A stretch of 43,197 nt of DNA, from the NCBI GenBank assembly GCA_023334545.1, contig JAADVB010000165.1:1-43197 (forward strand). Reading direction: 5' to 3'. Every line of letters starts with the position of its first letter. Position 1 is the first letter of the stretch. Below the pieces are notes generated by a model that saw only the letters and a list, made by a program, of their open reading frames with translations, did no database searches and was not told the DNA's origin. Shown piece after piece: positions 33,927 through 43,197 of this stretch. Source of the stretch: Salisapilia sapeloensis CBS 127946. Taxonomy: Eukaryota > Protista > Oomycota. A program made the translations under genes and the position numbers.

Positions 33927-36900
33927 ATGGGCTGGCTGCTCTATCTCTTTCTATATTTCATCACCTTCCTCGTGATCCTAATCGTCGCCTTCGCCACCGT
34001 CGGCGACGTGCTCGTCACGTCGCTTTTGCGCAAGTACGCTGGTGACTCGGTCGGCAAAAACGTATGCGTAGCCTGGTCTGTCCTCGAAGGCACCTTTGAG
34101 CTGACGGACCTGGTCGTGTCTCCGGACGCTCTGCCTGCCGTCGAGCCTTGGATCGGATTGCCGGCGACATGGAACAAGTTCATGCTCCCAAAGCTCGTGG
34201 TGCGCATTCCGTTCTGGCAACGCTTTATCAATGGACAGAAACCGCTGCGATCCACCATCTCTTTGAACGGTGTCAACGTAGCACTGGAGCTAGACGATGC
34301 AAGCGCATGGGTCGCCAAGCGAGAGGAGAACCAGGAACGCTTTAAGCAGGCGGTGGAAGATGCCAAGGGTTTGCGCAAGTCTTTTGTCGACAATTGTACG
34401 CAGACGATTGTGCAAAAGTTGCAGGAGCTCCATGACGCTCGTGAGAATGACAAGAGCTCTAATGAAGACACGCAGCCTGTAGGCCAACAGCAATCTGCGT
34501 CTAATGCAGAAGACGGACTGGGAGGTCCCCCAAAGCAAGGGCCAGCGTGGCAGGCTCTAATTGATGAGATCATTGACTCCATCGTGTTGGATCTCGAGGA
34601 ATCGGTGTTGACCATCAAGGACAAGTACACGAGCACGATGTTTGGCATGGAGTCCAAGCGCTTTACGATCCATGGCAGTGAGACGTCGGACGGACGTCGA
34701 ATGAGGCGCATTGAGCTGATAGACTTTGACATGAAGCTAAACGCTCGTTCGGAAGAAGAAGATGAATCCAACACGTCAATGATCAGCTCCTTCTCGGTCC
34801 ATATCGATCTCTTCTGCCCCTACGTAATGCAGAGTCTCGTCATGCAGTCCATTGAAGAAAAGCGCATCATCGAATTAAAGATGCGGCTGGCAGGGTCGGA
34901 GAAGCTGAATGTCGAGATGCGTCCAGAGCAGTTGCAGATGCTCATGGCCTTGTATCGTCCGATTCAATTCTACTTTGACTGGCTTGACCGTGCCAAGAAT
35001 GTGGACGAGATTTCGTGCGCCGAACTGTCAGCGGAAGAAACGGAAGAGTACAAACGGCTATACAAGGAGCAGCACGAAAGCGACCAAAAAGGGATGCTAA
35101 GCCGACTCGTGAGCAGTGCGGAACAGAAATCAACGACTCAGAAGCGGCAGGAACGACTATCACAGCTGGAAGACTCCGTGCTGGGCACTCAGCTTCTCTT
35201 ACTGCGCGCAGAGGTGATGGAGTGGGACATTCCATCGGCTGGCAAACGTGCCAAGTACGTAAGTGACGAACTGAAGAAGAAGGCTGATATGCGCAAGTTT
35301 ATGGAGAATCCGATTGAGTATTACGAACCTAAGACGCCAAAGGCCCCCTTCATGTTCCACCAGTTTGCAGTTAGCTTGGAGCTCCAAGACTTTGAGACGA
35401 CGCTGTTGACCAAAAAGCAGGAGCTGCTTTCGGTGTTCGCAAAAGGCTTCGAGTTCTCCTTTTCCTACACGATGACATACGAGGAGAATGAGGACGAGTG
35501 CATGCACATGACTCTCACAACAGATCGCTTCGGCTTGCTGGACAAGCGGAACTCGCCGTCCAACGTCTTCCGACAAATCATGGACCGAAACCCTGGCGCC
35601 GAGCATATTGTCTATCTGGACTTTGTCCAGCGCAGCAATGGCAAGATGGATGTATCGCTGGACCTGCAAGACTTTACGCTCATCTTGGTGTTTGACCCAC
35701 TCATGGCGGCCTCCCACGCCTTCTTGCCAGCGCTGGAAGAGGATGAAGAGTCTCAGCTTCGGTACATGGACTTTGAGGCGGACGAGAAGCCCAGCTCTCC
35801 GGAAGACAAGGACAAGGAGGCGGTCGTGTATGCTGAAGAAGAAGCTGTCGAGTACATTCCTCTGATTTTGGGTGGCACGAAGCTTGACTGTCGGATGAAA
35901 GTCAAAGCGTTCGAGATTTGTCTTGTGGGCGATCCCAAGACGCTTCAGTCCCATGTGCTCGCCTTTACGTCCGACGTAAACTTGCAGCTAAAGAGCTCTG
36001 CTTCTATGGAAGCGATGAAGCTGGAGCTTGTGGATGTCGCGCTGCAGCCTTGCAGCATCGTCTTACGAGACTACGGCATCGAACTGGATATTGCGGACGT
36101 CGGAACTATCTTGGAGCTGGAGGGCGAAGGCGTTGACATGGAGATTGACTACCGTCTTGCGCTCGTTAACCAAAAGAAGCAACGAAGCATAGGCAACAAA
36201 CAAAAGAATGCTGCGTTGGGTCAGAGTGGATCGCAGCTTTGGGGCCAAGCGCGTTCTGCCATGCAAAGTAAAAAGGTCGGCAAGAGCCAAGTGGTCACGA
36301 AGCGCATTGAAAACGCCGAGCATCCGGAGCTGAAGCGGGATTCGGGCAACCACAAGACCGACCAAGCAATGGACAGAAACCGTGTGAAACCGAGTGCACG
36401 ACGCAAGTTCTATGTGTCCATCTCCGACCTCGGACTGAATCTATCGACGAATGACGTCAGTGTCTTTTACGGAATCATGTCAACACTGAACGAGTCGATG
36501 AAGGAGGACAAGGATGTTGTGAAGAAGCGAGAGGAACGGGAGAAGCGTATTGCCGACGCAAGACGCCGCATCGAGGAGGAACGACACCTGGAAAAGCTCA
36601 AGAGTGAGTTTAAGAAGAGAGATGCGGACGCTGGTGGTACCTTGGACGTCAGTGAGATTGAGGACTTGCTGGCGAATGAGACGGATCGAAAGTCACTGAC
36701 CAAGGACGAGTTCAATGCGACCGTTCAGGACTTTATCGACATTGTGGACGCAGACCACAGCGGCGACGTCTCTCTGGACGAGTTTGAAGCTGCTCTGAGT
36801 CGCAACACGATCAACTACCGAGGGGAGCACACGGGTATCGTGATTCTGACGGGACAAGAGTACGCAGATCCGGACATGCTGCGCAGTCGAGTGCCGACTC

Positions 36901-39900
36901 TAGACGATAATGGAGACTTCAATATGGCGAATGCATCGGAGCTAGCCTCTTTCTGGGAATCTTACACGGAGCAAACTGGTGCAAGTCGAACGTCTCTGGA
37001 AGGCCACACTGCAGCAGTCATCCAGAAGAAAATGGTGCGTGTATTCAAAAATTACGAGTATGCGCAGGAAGCGTGGCGGCGTCTCGTGAACCCCTCTTTG
37101 AAAAAGCCAGGCGAGCGGAGCGACTGGTTGCTGACGAGGGAGATGTCCATGGGTGGCCGATCAAACGTCATCGACCAGCTTCTGTCCTCTCTGACTGCCT
37201 CGGAACAGGCTGCGAGCAGCATCCCAACGTCCACAGCACACATGTTCGTGCACACTTTAGTGTCGTCTTCCTTTGGTGGTATCTACTTCCGCTTGGAGGA
37301 CGAGATGCTTCCGTCTGGCATCCCAGCCATTGAAGTGTCACTGGAAGAGCTGATCGTGTACGGAAATATTTCCAAGTGGGAGGGCGGCGACTCGGCCAAG
37401 CCCACTGACGATGTTAATCCGGATGTCAGCACCGAGGACAACTATGGACTGGGCAAAGTCACTTTCGACTTGTATGGCAAGTACTACAACACGAGCACGC
37501 GTGAGACGGAGCCGTTCTTGGAAGTATACGAAGGAGTGCTGGATCTCCGCAAGGACCCTGGCACGCACATTGACATTGTGTACTCGTCCGATCGGTACTT
37601 GCAGCTGAACATCACGAGTGCCTTTATGAGGGTGCTTAACACGAACATGGCCAAGTTCTCCAAGGTTGAAGCGCTCTCTGCACGGGATCGTCCGCACATC
37701 AAGGAAGAGGACGGATACTTCTGGCTTGTGAACGACAGCGGAGTCGACTTGTCCTACCACGTCGTCGCGAAGAAGGAGATGCGCCAAGAGCAAGACACGG
37801 AGAAGGTCGTCTCGGACTGTACGCGTGTAAGCCATGGAGACGCCGACCCGTGCCACCTCCACGAAGGAGAAGACATGCAAGAGTTGGAGCAGCAGAGCAT
37901 GAAGGAGAAAGAGATGCGACGTCAGTTCAAAGCTGCAGATGCTGATGGCAATCGCGAGTTGGACACGGACGAAGTACGCACTGTGCTGCAGAATGTACTG
38001 AAGGAGGAACGGGAGAGTGAAGAGGCGCGCAACACGTACAGCAGCCACTCTCGGCGCAGCCGCAGCACTAGCGAACTCGACATGGACGAGGAGACGCTCG
38101 AGAGACACGTGCAGGACTTTATCGCGTTAGCTGACACAGATGCGTCGGGGACTGTATCGTGGGAAGAGTTCAAGGCAGCTCTGCAAAAGTCCCGTCAAAC
38201 CATCTCGCGCTTCGTGACGATCCATGTTGACGGATTTGAGCCAGTGAAGAGCATTCCTCTGGGACACTTGGGCCATGACCAAGTCTTTGAGCTCGTTCCG
38301 CATGTCGATGGATTGGAAGATGAGGACCTTGAGAGTCTGTATCAGAGAGGCGTCGGTATGATGCATCAGTCGGACGAACCGTCGCGACGGGAGCTCGAAA
38401 TTGCGTACGCTTGCCTCCACCGCGTGCGGAGCAAGGATCCAAACTACGACTGGGTCCAGTCGTACTATAAGCAGGTGCTTCGTCAGTACTTGCCTGTGCT
38501 TTTAAGTGTGCGCGTCACGGTGGACGGAGAACACGGACTCCAAGTCTTAGTGTCATCTGCTCAGCACATCAAGAACGGTACGGCGAAGAAGACCCAAGTG
38601 CAGTTCCGCACAAGTGAAGGTGAAGTGGCTCATCAGAATCCAGACCAGAAGGATGGAGAAAAGTTCTATGAGCTCAAAGGACACAAGTCCATTCCAATCC
38701 CCATCGACCTTGTCGACACTGGGTTCTTTACCATCCGCCAGATTGGCGAGACCGAGTGGAGTAATTTGCTCCAGCTCTCGGTACACGTCCAGCGTCTGTA
38801 CAAGAACTTTACTCGCTTTGAACAGCAAGAGGCGCAAAAGTCCCAAGGGAAAGAGAGTCCGAGCAAGAAGAAGCAGGTGAGTGCTGCCAAAATGGCTCGG
38901 GATCAACTTGGAGGTGATGTAGCTCTCCCTGACTTGTCGCGCGAGCCCGTTAGCGGCCAGATGAGAACGTATCCTAGCGCCAGTGTCATTGACGACCAGC
39001 CGACGGTTGTGACGGAGAGAGTGGCAGCGAACGACAAGAAACTCGGGAGCTGGTCTTTGGTGGTCCAGCCGCAGCTGGTCCTCAACAACGTACTTCCTTG
39101 TGGCTTTGAATACGCTGTCGTGCAAGCGACGGACTGTCCAGCGAATACGTTGGACAAGAACGGCAACTTCTATGTCTCGACCACTACGTCCAGCAAGAGC
39201 AGTGCTCGCGCTTGCAAAATCACTTGCGACACGGACTATTTTGACTATGTGGATGAAGTAAACTCTCGAAGGAGCTTTATCGAAAGCGGGCGAAGCGTGC
39301 AAGTGTTTGGGCTCAAGCTCGACACTCAGGCACTGGTCAAGTTCCGCCTTGCCACCAAGGAAGAGGATGCGAAGGAGGCCCCATGGAGTCCTCCGTTCCT
39401 AGTCCATTTGGACCATTCTCGAACGGACTTTGAAAGCGAGCAGTATGAAGTCCGGTTTGACGACGGACCTCGCATTGCCGTCGACCAAAAGTGGCCGCAG
39501 GAGTCTTCTCGAACGCTCTTCTTCTACACGCCGTACTGGATCCTTAACCGGTCTGGACTGGACTACCGCTTCCGTATCAGCGAAGGCCACGTCGTGTCGC
39601 TTGAGAAGCACCGAGAGTGGTTCCCAGACGACAGAGACATGCCGTTGCTCGCGACCGGTCCTGCCCAGAAGGCTCTGTTGAGTGTCCAGCCGTATCAGGA
39701 GACGAACAACAAGTACGCTCCGGATGCCCTCCGCAAATTGACGAGCCACCTGCCGAATTTCCATAAGGCAGACTGGTCGGAAGCAAAGGACATGAGCACG
39801 GTTGGAACGTCCGGAGAGATCCGTCCGAGTGGCTCCGGCAACTATTCTTTCGTTCTTGCGTACGAGATCAAGGCTGCTCCAGGACAGTTCGTGCGCTCTA

Positions 39901-42653
39901 AGTTGATGATCCTGTCCCCTCGTTTTATCTTTTTAAACAAGGTGCCGAGGATGTTAGAAATGGCGCCTGTGTTGCTAGACAAGAAAAAGCGTCGATCGCA
40001 TCAAAAGTCAGAGAAGGAAAGCTGCATCCGACTTGGAAAGGAAGAAGGGGCGGTCATGTATACATTCGCAGGGCCAGAGAAGCACTATGCTGCAATCAAA
40101 CTCCGAGACACGCCGAACGAGCAGACCGACGACACGTACGGTACATGGTCGCATGGCATTCCACTACCCATTACAGAAGGCTACAGTGTCTGGACGAGGG
40201 GGCAATTCGGCAATGGCCCGATTGTCGGTCTGTCCACACAGGTCAATGAAGAAACGATCTCTGTAATAGCCAAGGACATGACCGAAACGCCTCTCTACCG
40301 GATTGAGAATCGATCCACGAAACACTCGTTCAGGTACCTACAGAATGGGGTACAGGGCGCAGAGGAAGTGACGATCAATCCGTTGGAGTCACATTCGTTC
40401 GTGTGGGCCGATCCGTTAGTGGAGAACCCGCAGCTCAAGATCATACCTCTCCGATGGAAGTTGCCGACGATTGTCGATTTTATGAAGATCGGTGTCGTCA
40501 AGAGGATGACACCAGACACGCTGCATGCCGAAGTGTACATTAACAACGGTACTCGTGTGTTTGCTGTTGGAGACACGGATGTTTATGCCGATGTGCGTGA
40601 ACGTGTGCTGGTTCACGACTGGCTGAGCCGCGTCATGCTGGACTTTTCATTCTATGGCGTCGGCATCACTGTCGTCGACGACACGCCTCGTGAAATGCTA
40701 AACATGACACTGGAGAAGTTGCAGATCTCTTCGCCAGGGGAAGAGCGTAAGCTGAGTCTGACCTTGCACCACATGCAGATCGATGACATGTCAGCGGATT
40801 CACCCTATCCTGTCATCCTCGCCCCGTTGGACAGTGGGTACAATAGCGATCGACGAGAAGGATGGGTGCCGGACGACGGCGAGCGTCCGTTCTTCAAGCT
40901 CGAATTGTCAACTTCGCCCCAAGCAGGCATCACCGTCGTGAATGACTTTAATCTGGAGCTCAACTCGCTTGCAGTGAGGATCAGCCTCGAGTACATCTTT
41001 GGACTGTCCAACGTCATCATGGAGTTCATTCCAGAGAGCGACGAAGAGACCGTTGTGCAGCAAGGCGTGGATACGAAGAACCAGATGCTTACTGTGCAGG
41101 TGAATGTTCCGGACGAAACACAGTCGGCCGGCGTGTTGCTCTACTTTAAGCGATGGCGCATGGCTCCGTACGAGCTGCACTTGGTGTTTGACTCGTCACA
41201 GGAGGAACATGGTGAAGGTATCTCTTCGATTCTGGGCAACACTATCGGCAGTCTAGTCGGAGGTATTGCCCACGTGACGCCAGAGTTTGACTTTTCCGAA
41301 ATCTCTTACCACAACCGATTCTTCTACGAGTACGACCTCATCTATGAAGTGGCACTCAAGCTAGTCTACTCGGTGCTTGGACAGTGGTACAAGATTGTGG
41401 GCAGCGTAGAGATGCTGGGAGACCCTATCGGTCTCGCGACAGACATTGTCGACGGTTTCTCCCTTGCGGCGCGCCAGGTTCGACGTGATATCACGGGCAA
41501 GAGTTTGCGCAAAGGACAAGGTGCAGTCACGGTGGTGCAGACAGTTGTCGGGGCGCCGATGAACGCGGTAGGCAAGCTATCCAATGGCTTTGGAGACGTC
41601 GTGAAGAAAGCGACAAGTTTCGAAAGCCAGGAGGAGGCGACGCAGCCCAAGCACGTTGGACAGGGTCTGCTGCAGAGCAGCATCGTCTTCTCTCGAAGTA
41701 TCGGGTATGGTGTCGGAGGAATTGTCCGAGAACCGATGCGAGGCGCCAAGACGCAAGGATTCAAGGGATTCGCGCGCGGTGTTGGACGTGGAACAGTGCA
41801 GTTGATGGCGTCACCAGTCGTCGGTACGCTCGGAGTTGTGGAGAAGATGTCAATGTCCGTGAACAACACCACCCACTTGATGGATGAGAAACGTTACGAC
41901 GGCACGCGTCGACCTGCGCGTGACTTGCATGGCAACAACCCTCTAAAGCAGTTGTCGGACTCGAACATTATCACAGAGGTCGAAGTGTTCGTCCATCGCG
42001 TGGACGGATTGCCGGAGAAGATGAGCTCCCAGGTCATCATTCAAGTCTACATGGAGAAGGAGGACAACCCTCGCGAGGATGTGGGGAGATTCAAGTCGTC
42101 GACCGTGCGCCACACAGCCAACCCAACGTTCGATCAGTCCTGGCTTATCCCCATCACGTCTCTGCAGACACACTTTGAGATTGGCGTCTACCAGAAACGT
42201 AAACCTCTTCCGAAAAAACGCTTTGGCGTCGTGCGGTACTCCATGGAGGACATTTATCGCCAGTTTGAATCGGTGGCACCCAAGGTGCTCTCAGACCCGT
42301 CCACCAAGATTCTTTTGAAGAAGCGAAGTCGATTCCAAGGCAGCGTCCTCGCCAGCTTGGCGGATGGATCTAGCTCAGGTGGACCAGATATGCAGGATGA
42401 TACGTGGCGTCGTCGTATCCCGAGAGCAGAGCTGACGGATGTCATGTCGGAAGATTATGATGACGAAGACGATGGAGACGACGAGTACCAGCGACAGCTG
42501 GAAGCAAGCAGTTCTCGCAGCCAAAGCGTAGGATCGACGTCCTCATTAGGACTGTCCTCATCGACAATGGCCGTACGACTGGGTGACACTGATCGGGAGG
42601 TGACGATCCATTTAATGATTCGATACGTTAACGACATGCGTCGCTACGGCTAA
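33927..42653 (+). CDS. VPS13-family bridge-like lipid transfer protein with EF-hands and a C-terminal C2 domain
   Basis: 2908-aa single ORF. Chorein-like N-terminus after a hydrophobic anchor; VAB/SHR-BD repeats (FYTPYWILNRSGL, YRIENRS); APT1/ATG2-C region (LHHMQIDD, EMLGDPIGL, EPMRGAKTQGFKGFARGVGRG); four DxDxxG EF-hand loops; C2-like segment NPTFDQSW. Confidence 0.92.
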   Translation: MGWLLYLFLYFITFLVILIVAFATVGDVLVTSLLRKYAGDSVGKNVCVAWSVLEGTFELTDLVVSPDALPAVEPWIGLPATWNKFMLPKLVVRIPFWQRFINGQKPLRSTISLNGVNVALELDDASAWVAKREENQERFKQAVEDAKGLRKSFVDNCTQTIVQKLQELHDARENDKSSNEDTQPVGQQQSASNAEDGLGGPPKQGPAWQALIDEIIDSIVLDLEESVLTIKDKYTSTMFGMESKRFTIHGSETSDGRRMRRIELIDFDMKLNARSEEEDESNTSMISSFSVHIDLFCPYVMQSLVMQSIEEKRIIELKMRLAGSEKLNVEMRPEQLQMLMALYRPIQFYFDWLDRAKNVDEISCAELSAEETEEYKRLYKEQHESDQKGMLSRLVSSAEQKSTTQKRQERLSQLEDSVLGTQLLLLRAEVMEWDIPSAGKRAKYVSDELKKKADMRKFMENPIEYYEPKTPKAPFMFHQFAVSLELQDFETTLLTKKQELLSVFAKGFEFSFSYTMTYEENEDECMHMTLTTDRFGLLDKRNSPSNVFRQIMDRNPGAEHIVYLDFVQRSNGKMDVSLDLQDFTLILVFDPLMAASHAFLPALEEDEESQLRYMDFEADEKPSSPEDKDKEAVVYAEEEAVEYIPLILGGTKLDCRMKVKAFEICLVGDPKTLQSHVLAFTSDVNLQLKSSASMEAMKLELVDVALQPCSIVLRDYGIELDIADVGTILELEGEGVDMEIDYRLALVNQKKQRSIGNKQKNAALGQSGSQLWGQARSAMQSKKVGKSQVVTKRIENAEHPELKRDSGNHKTDQAMDRNRVKPSARRKFYVSISDLGLNLSTNDVSVFYGIMSTLNESMKEDKDVVKKREEREKRIADARRRIEEERHLEKLKSEFKKRDADAGGTLDVSEIEDLLANETDRKSLTKDEFNATVQDFIDIVDADHSGDVSLDEFEAALSRNTINYRGEHTGIVILTGQEYADPDMLRSRVPTLDDNGDFNMANASELASFWESYTEQTGASRTSLEGHTAAVIQKKMVRVFKNYEYAQEAWRRLVNPSLKKPGERSDWLLTREMSMGGRSNVIDQLLSSLTASEQAASSIPTSTAHMFVHTLVSSSFGGIYFRLEDEMLPSGIPAIEVSLEELIVYGNISKWEGGDSAKPTDDVNPDVSTEDNYGLGKVTFDLYGKYYNTSTRETEPFLEVYEGVLDLRKDPGTHIDIVYSSDRYLQLNITSAFMRVLNTNMAKFSKVEALSARDRPHIKEEDGYFWLVNDSGVDLSYHVVAKKEMRQEQDTEKVVSDCTRVSHGDADPCHLHEGEDMQELEQQSMKEKEMRRQFKAADADGNRELDTDEVRTVLQNVLKEERESEEARNTYSSHSRRSRSTSELDMDEETLERHVQDFIALADTDASGTVSWEEFKAALQKSRQTISRFVTIHVDGFEPVKSIPLGHLGHDQVFELVPHVDGLEDEDLESLYQRGVGMMHQSDEPSRRELEIAYACLHRVRSKDPNYDWVQSYYKQVLRQYLPVLLSVRVTVDGEHGLQVLVSSAQHIKNGTAKKTQVQFRTSEGEVAHQNPDQKDGEKFYELKGHKSIPIPIDLVDTGFFTIRQIGETEWSNLLQLSVHVQRLYKNFTRFEQQEAQKSQGKESPSKKKQVSAAKMARDQLGGDVALPDLSREPVSGQMRTYPSASVIDDQPTVVTERVAANDKKLGSWSLVVQPQLVLNNVLPCGFEYAVVQATDCPANTLDKNGNFYVSTTTSSKSSARACKITCDTDYFDYVDEVNSRRSFIESGRSVQVFGLKLDTQALVKFRLATKEEDAKEAPWSPPFLVHLDHSRTDFESEQYEVRFDDGPRIAVDQKWPQESSRTLFFYTPYWILNRSGLDYRFRISEGHVVSLEKHREWFPDDRDMPLLATGPAQKALLSVQPYQETNNKYAPDALRKLTSHLPNFHKADWSEAKDMSTVGTSGEIRPSGSGNYSFVLAYEIKAAPGQFVRSKLMILSPRFIFLNKVPRMLEMAPVLLDKKKRRSHQKSEKESCIRLGKEEGAVMYTFAGPEKHYAAIKLRDTPNEQTDDTYGTWSHGIPLPITEGYSVWTRGQFGNGPIVGLSTQVNEETISVIAKDMTETPLYRIENRSTKHSFRYLQNGVQGAEEVTINPLESHSFVWADPLVENPQLKIIPLRWKLPTIVDFMKIGVVKRMTPDTLHAEVYINNGTRVFAVGDTDVYADVRERVLVHDWLSRVMLDFSFYGVGITVVDDTPREMLNMTLEKLQISSPGEERKLSLTLHHMQIDDMSADSPYPVILAPLDSGYNSDRREGWVPDDGERPFFKLELSTSPQAGITVVNDFNLELNSLAVRISLEYIFGLSNVIMEFIPESDEETVVQQGVDTKNQMLTVQVNVPDETQSAGVLLYFKRWRMAPYELHLVFDSSQEEHGEGISSILGNTIGSLVGGIAHVTPEFDFSEISYHNRFFYEYDLIYEVALKLVYSVLGQWYKIVGSVEMLGDPIGLATDIVDGFSLAARQVRRDITGKSLRKGQGAVTVVQTVVGAPMNAVGKLSNGFGDVVKKATSFESQEEATQPKHVGQGLLQSSIVFSRSIGYGVGGIVREPMRGAKTQGFKGFARGVGRGTVQLMASPVVGTLGVVEKMSMSVNNTTHLMDEKRYDGTRRPARDLHGNNPLKQLSDSNIITEVEVFVHRVDGLPEKMSSQVIIQVYMEKEDNPREDVGRFKSSTVRHTANPTFDQSWLIPITSLQTHFEIGVYQKRKPLPKKRFGVVRYSMEDIYRQFESVAPKVLSDPSTKILLKKRSRFQGSVLASLADGSSSGGPDMQDDTWRRRIPRAELTDVMSEDYDDEDDGDDEYQRQLEASSSRSQSVGSTSSLGLSSSTMAVRLGDTDREVTIHLMIRYVNDMRRYG

Positions 42654-42978
42654 GGATAGGATTTGCTTAGTAATCTCGGATTCAAAATCCAAACTTTCTA
42701 TCGCGTAAATGTTTGAAAGTTGGCTTGTAGTTATCATGACTCGGGTCCGGACCCGGTCTCCATAGTCTTCACTTCAATTAGTCGTAATAAGCTCAATTAC
42801 TCAGATCAGTAGTCTCCACGTGTGAATTAGATAGCAGGGGTAGACTCAGTACGTCGGTCCGACGGATCAAACAAGCATATATTAGTTCGGTCTTGTTCTC
42901 ATTATCACGCACATTCAGGTCTATATCAAGACAAAAAGGAAATTTTATGGCTTCCTCGTGTACATTACAAGATGAGAG

Positions 42979-43197
42979 CTACAAACTTAAGTCTTCCATT
43001 TCACGGAGAGCTTCCATGTCAGCATGATCCAGTAATAGACGAGCCACCTCCGTGTGGCCATTCCGAGATGCAGACAATAATGCTGTATTCCCATATTGAT
43101 TAACAGCCTCGATATTGGCTCCACGATCCAGTAATAACTCGACCACTTCCCTGTGGCCGTTCCAAGATGCAGACAACACTCTTCTGTCGTCATCATT
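42979..43197 (-). CDS. Ankyrin-repeat protein, C-terminal end (truncated by window edge)
   Basis: SASWNGHREVVELLLDRGANIEAVNQYGNTALLSASRNGHTEVARLLLDH. The repeat is visible at DNA level with a 99-bp period (atccagtaat at 43027 and 43126). Confidence 0.88.
   Translation of the reverse strand, partial: NDDDRRVLSASWNGHREVVELLLDRGANIEAVNQYGNTALLSASRNGHTEVARLLLDHADMEALREMEDLSL

Noticed and set aside
42720-42880. Short hairpins and GGTTCG-like stretches (also about 33830) as possible tRNAs
   Set aside because: No cloverleaf and no properly spaced A/B boxes.

Overview
This window is eukaryotic, gene-dense oomycete-type genomic DNA with short GT-AG introns; I cannot name the genus. Left to right it contains: a cytochrome P450 3' end, a mitochondrial-type ALDH, C1D/Rrp47, a Yippee protein, SmB, a ferric reductase (FRO/NOX family), a Vps68/TMEM50 protein, and a large WW-like/ankyrin protein. 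It continues with an IQ/LRR protein, a Cys-rich type I membrane protein head-to-head with cellulose synthase CesA3, a chromo-barrel + PHD-cluster protein, a HEAT-repeat protein, a 77-aa membrane protein, an 8.7-kb VPS13-family gene with EF-hands and a C2 domain, and a truncated ankyrin gene. I spliced most gene models by hand, because the ORF track splits or over-extends them. The best hidden element is a ~144-nt box C/D RNA in the unusually long SmB intron. It has kink-turn geometry and two antisense elements to U2 snRNA, one pointing exactly at the conserved Cm40 site. CesA3 carries Leu at the position equivalent to V1109, which is linked to CAA-fungicide insensitivity. I found no convincing tRNA, rRNA, CRISPR array or intact transposon.
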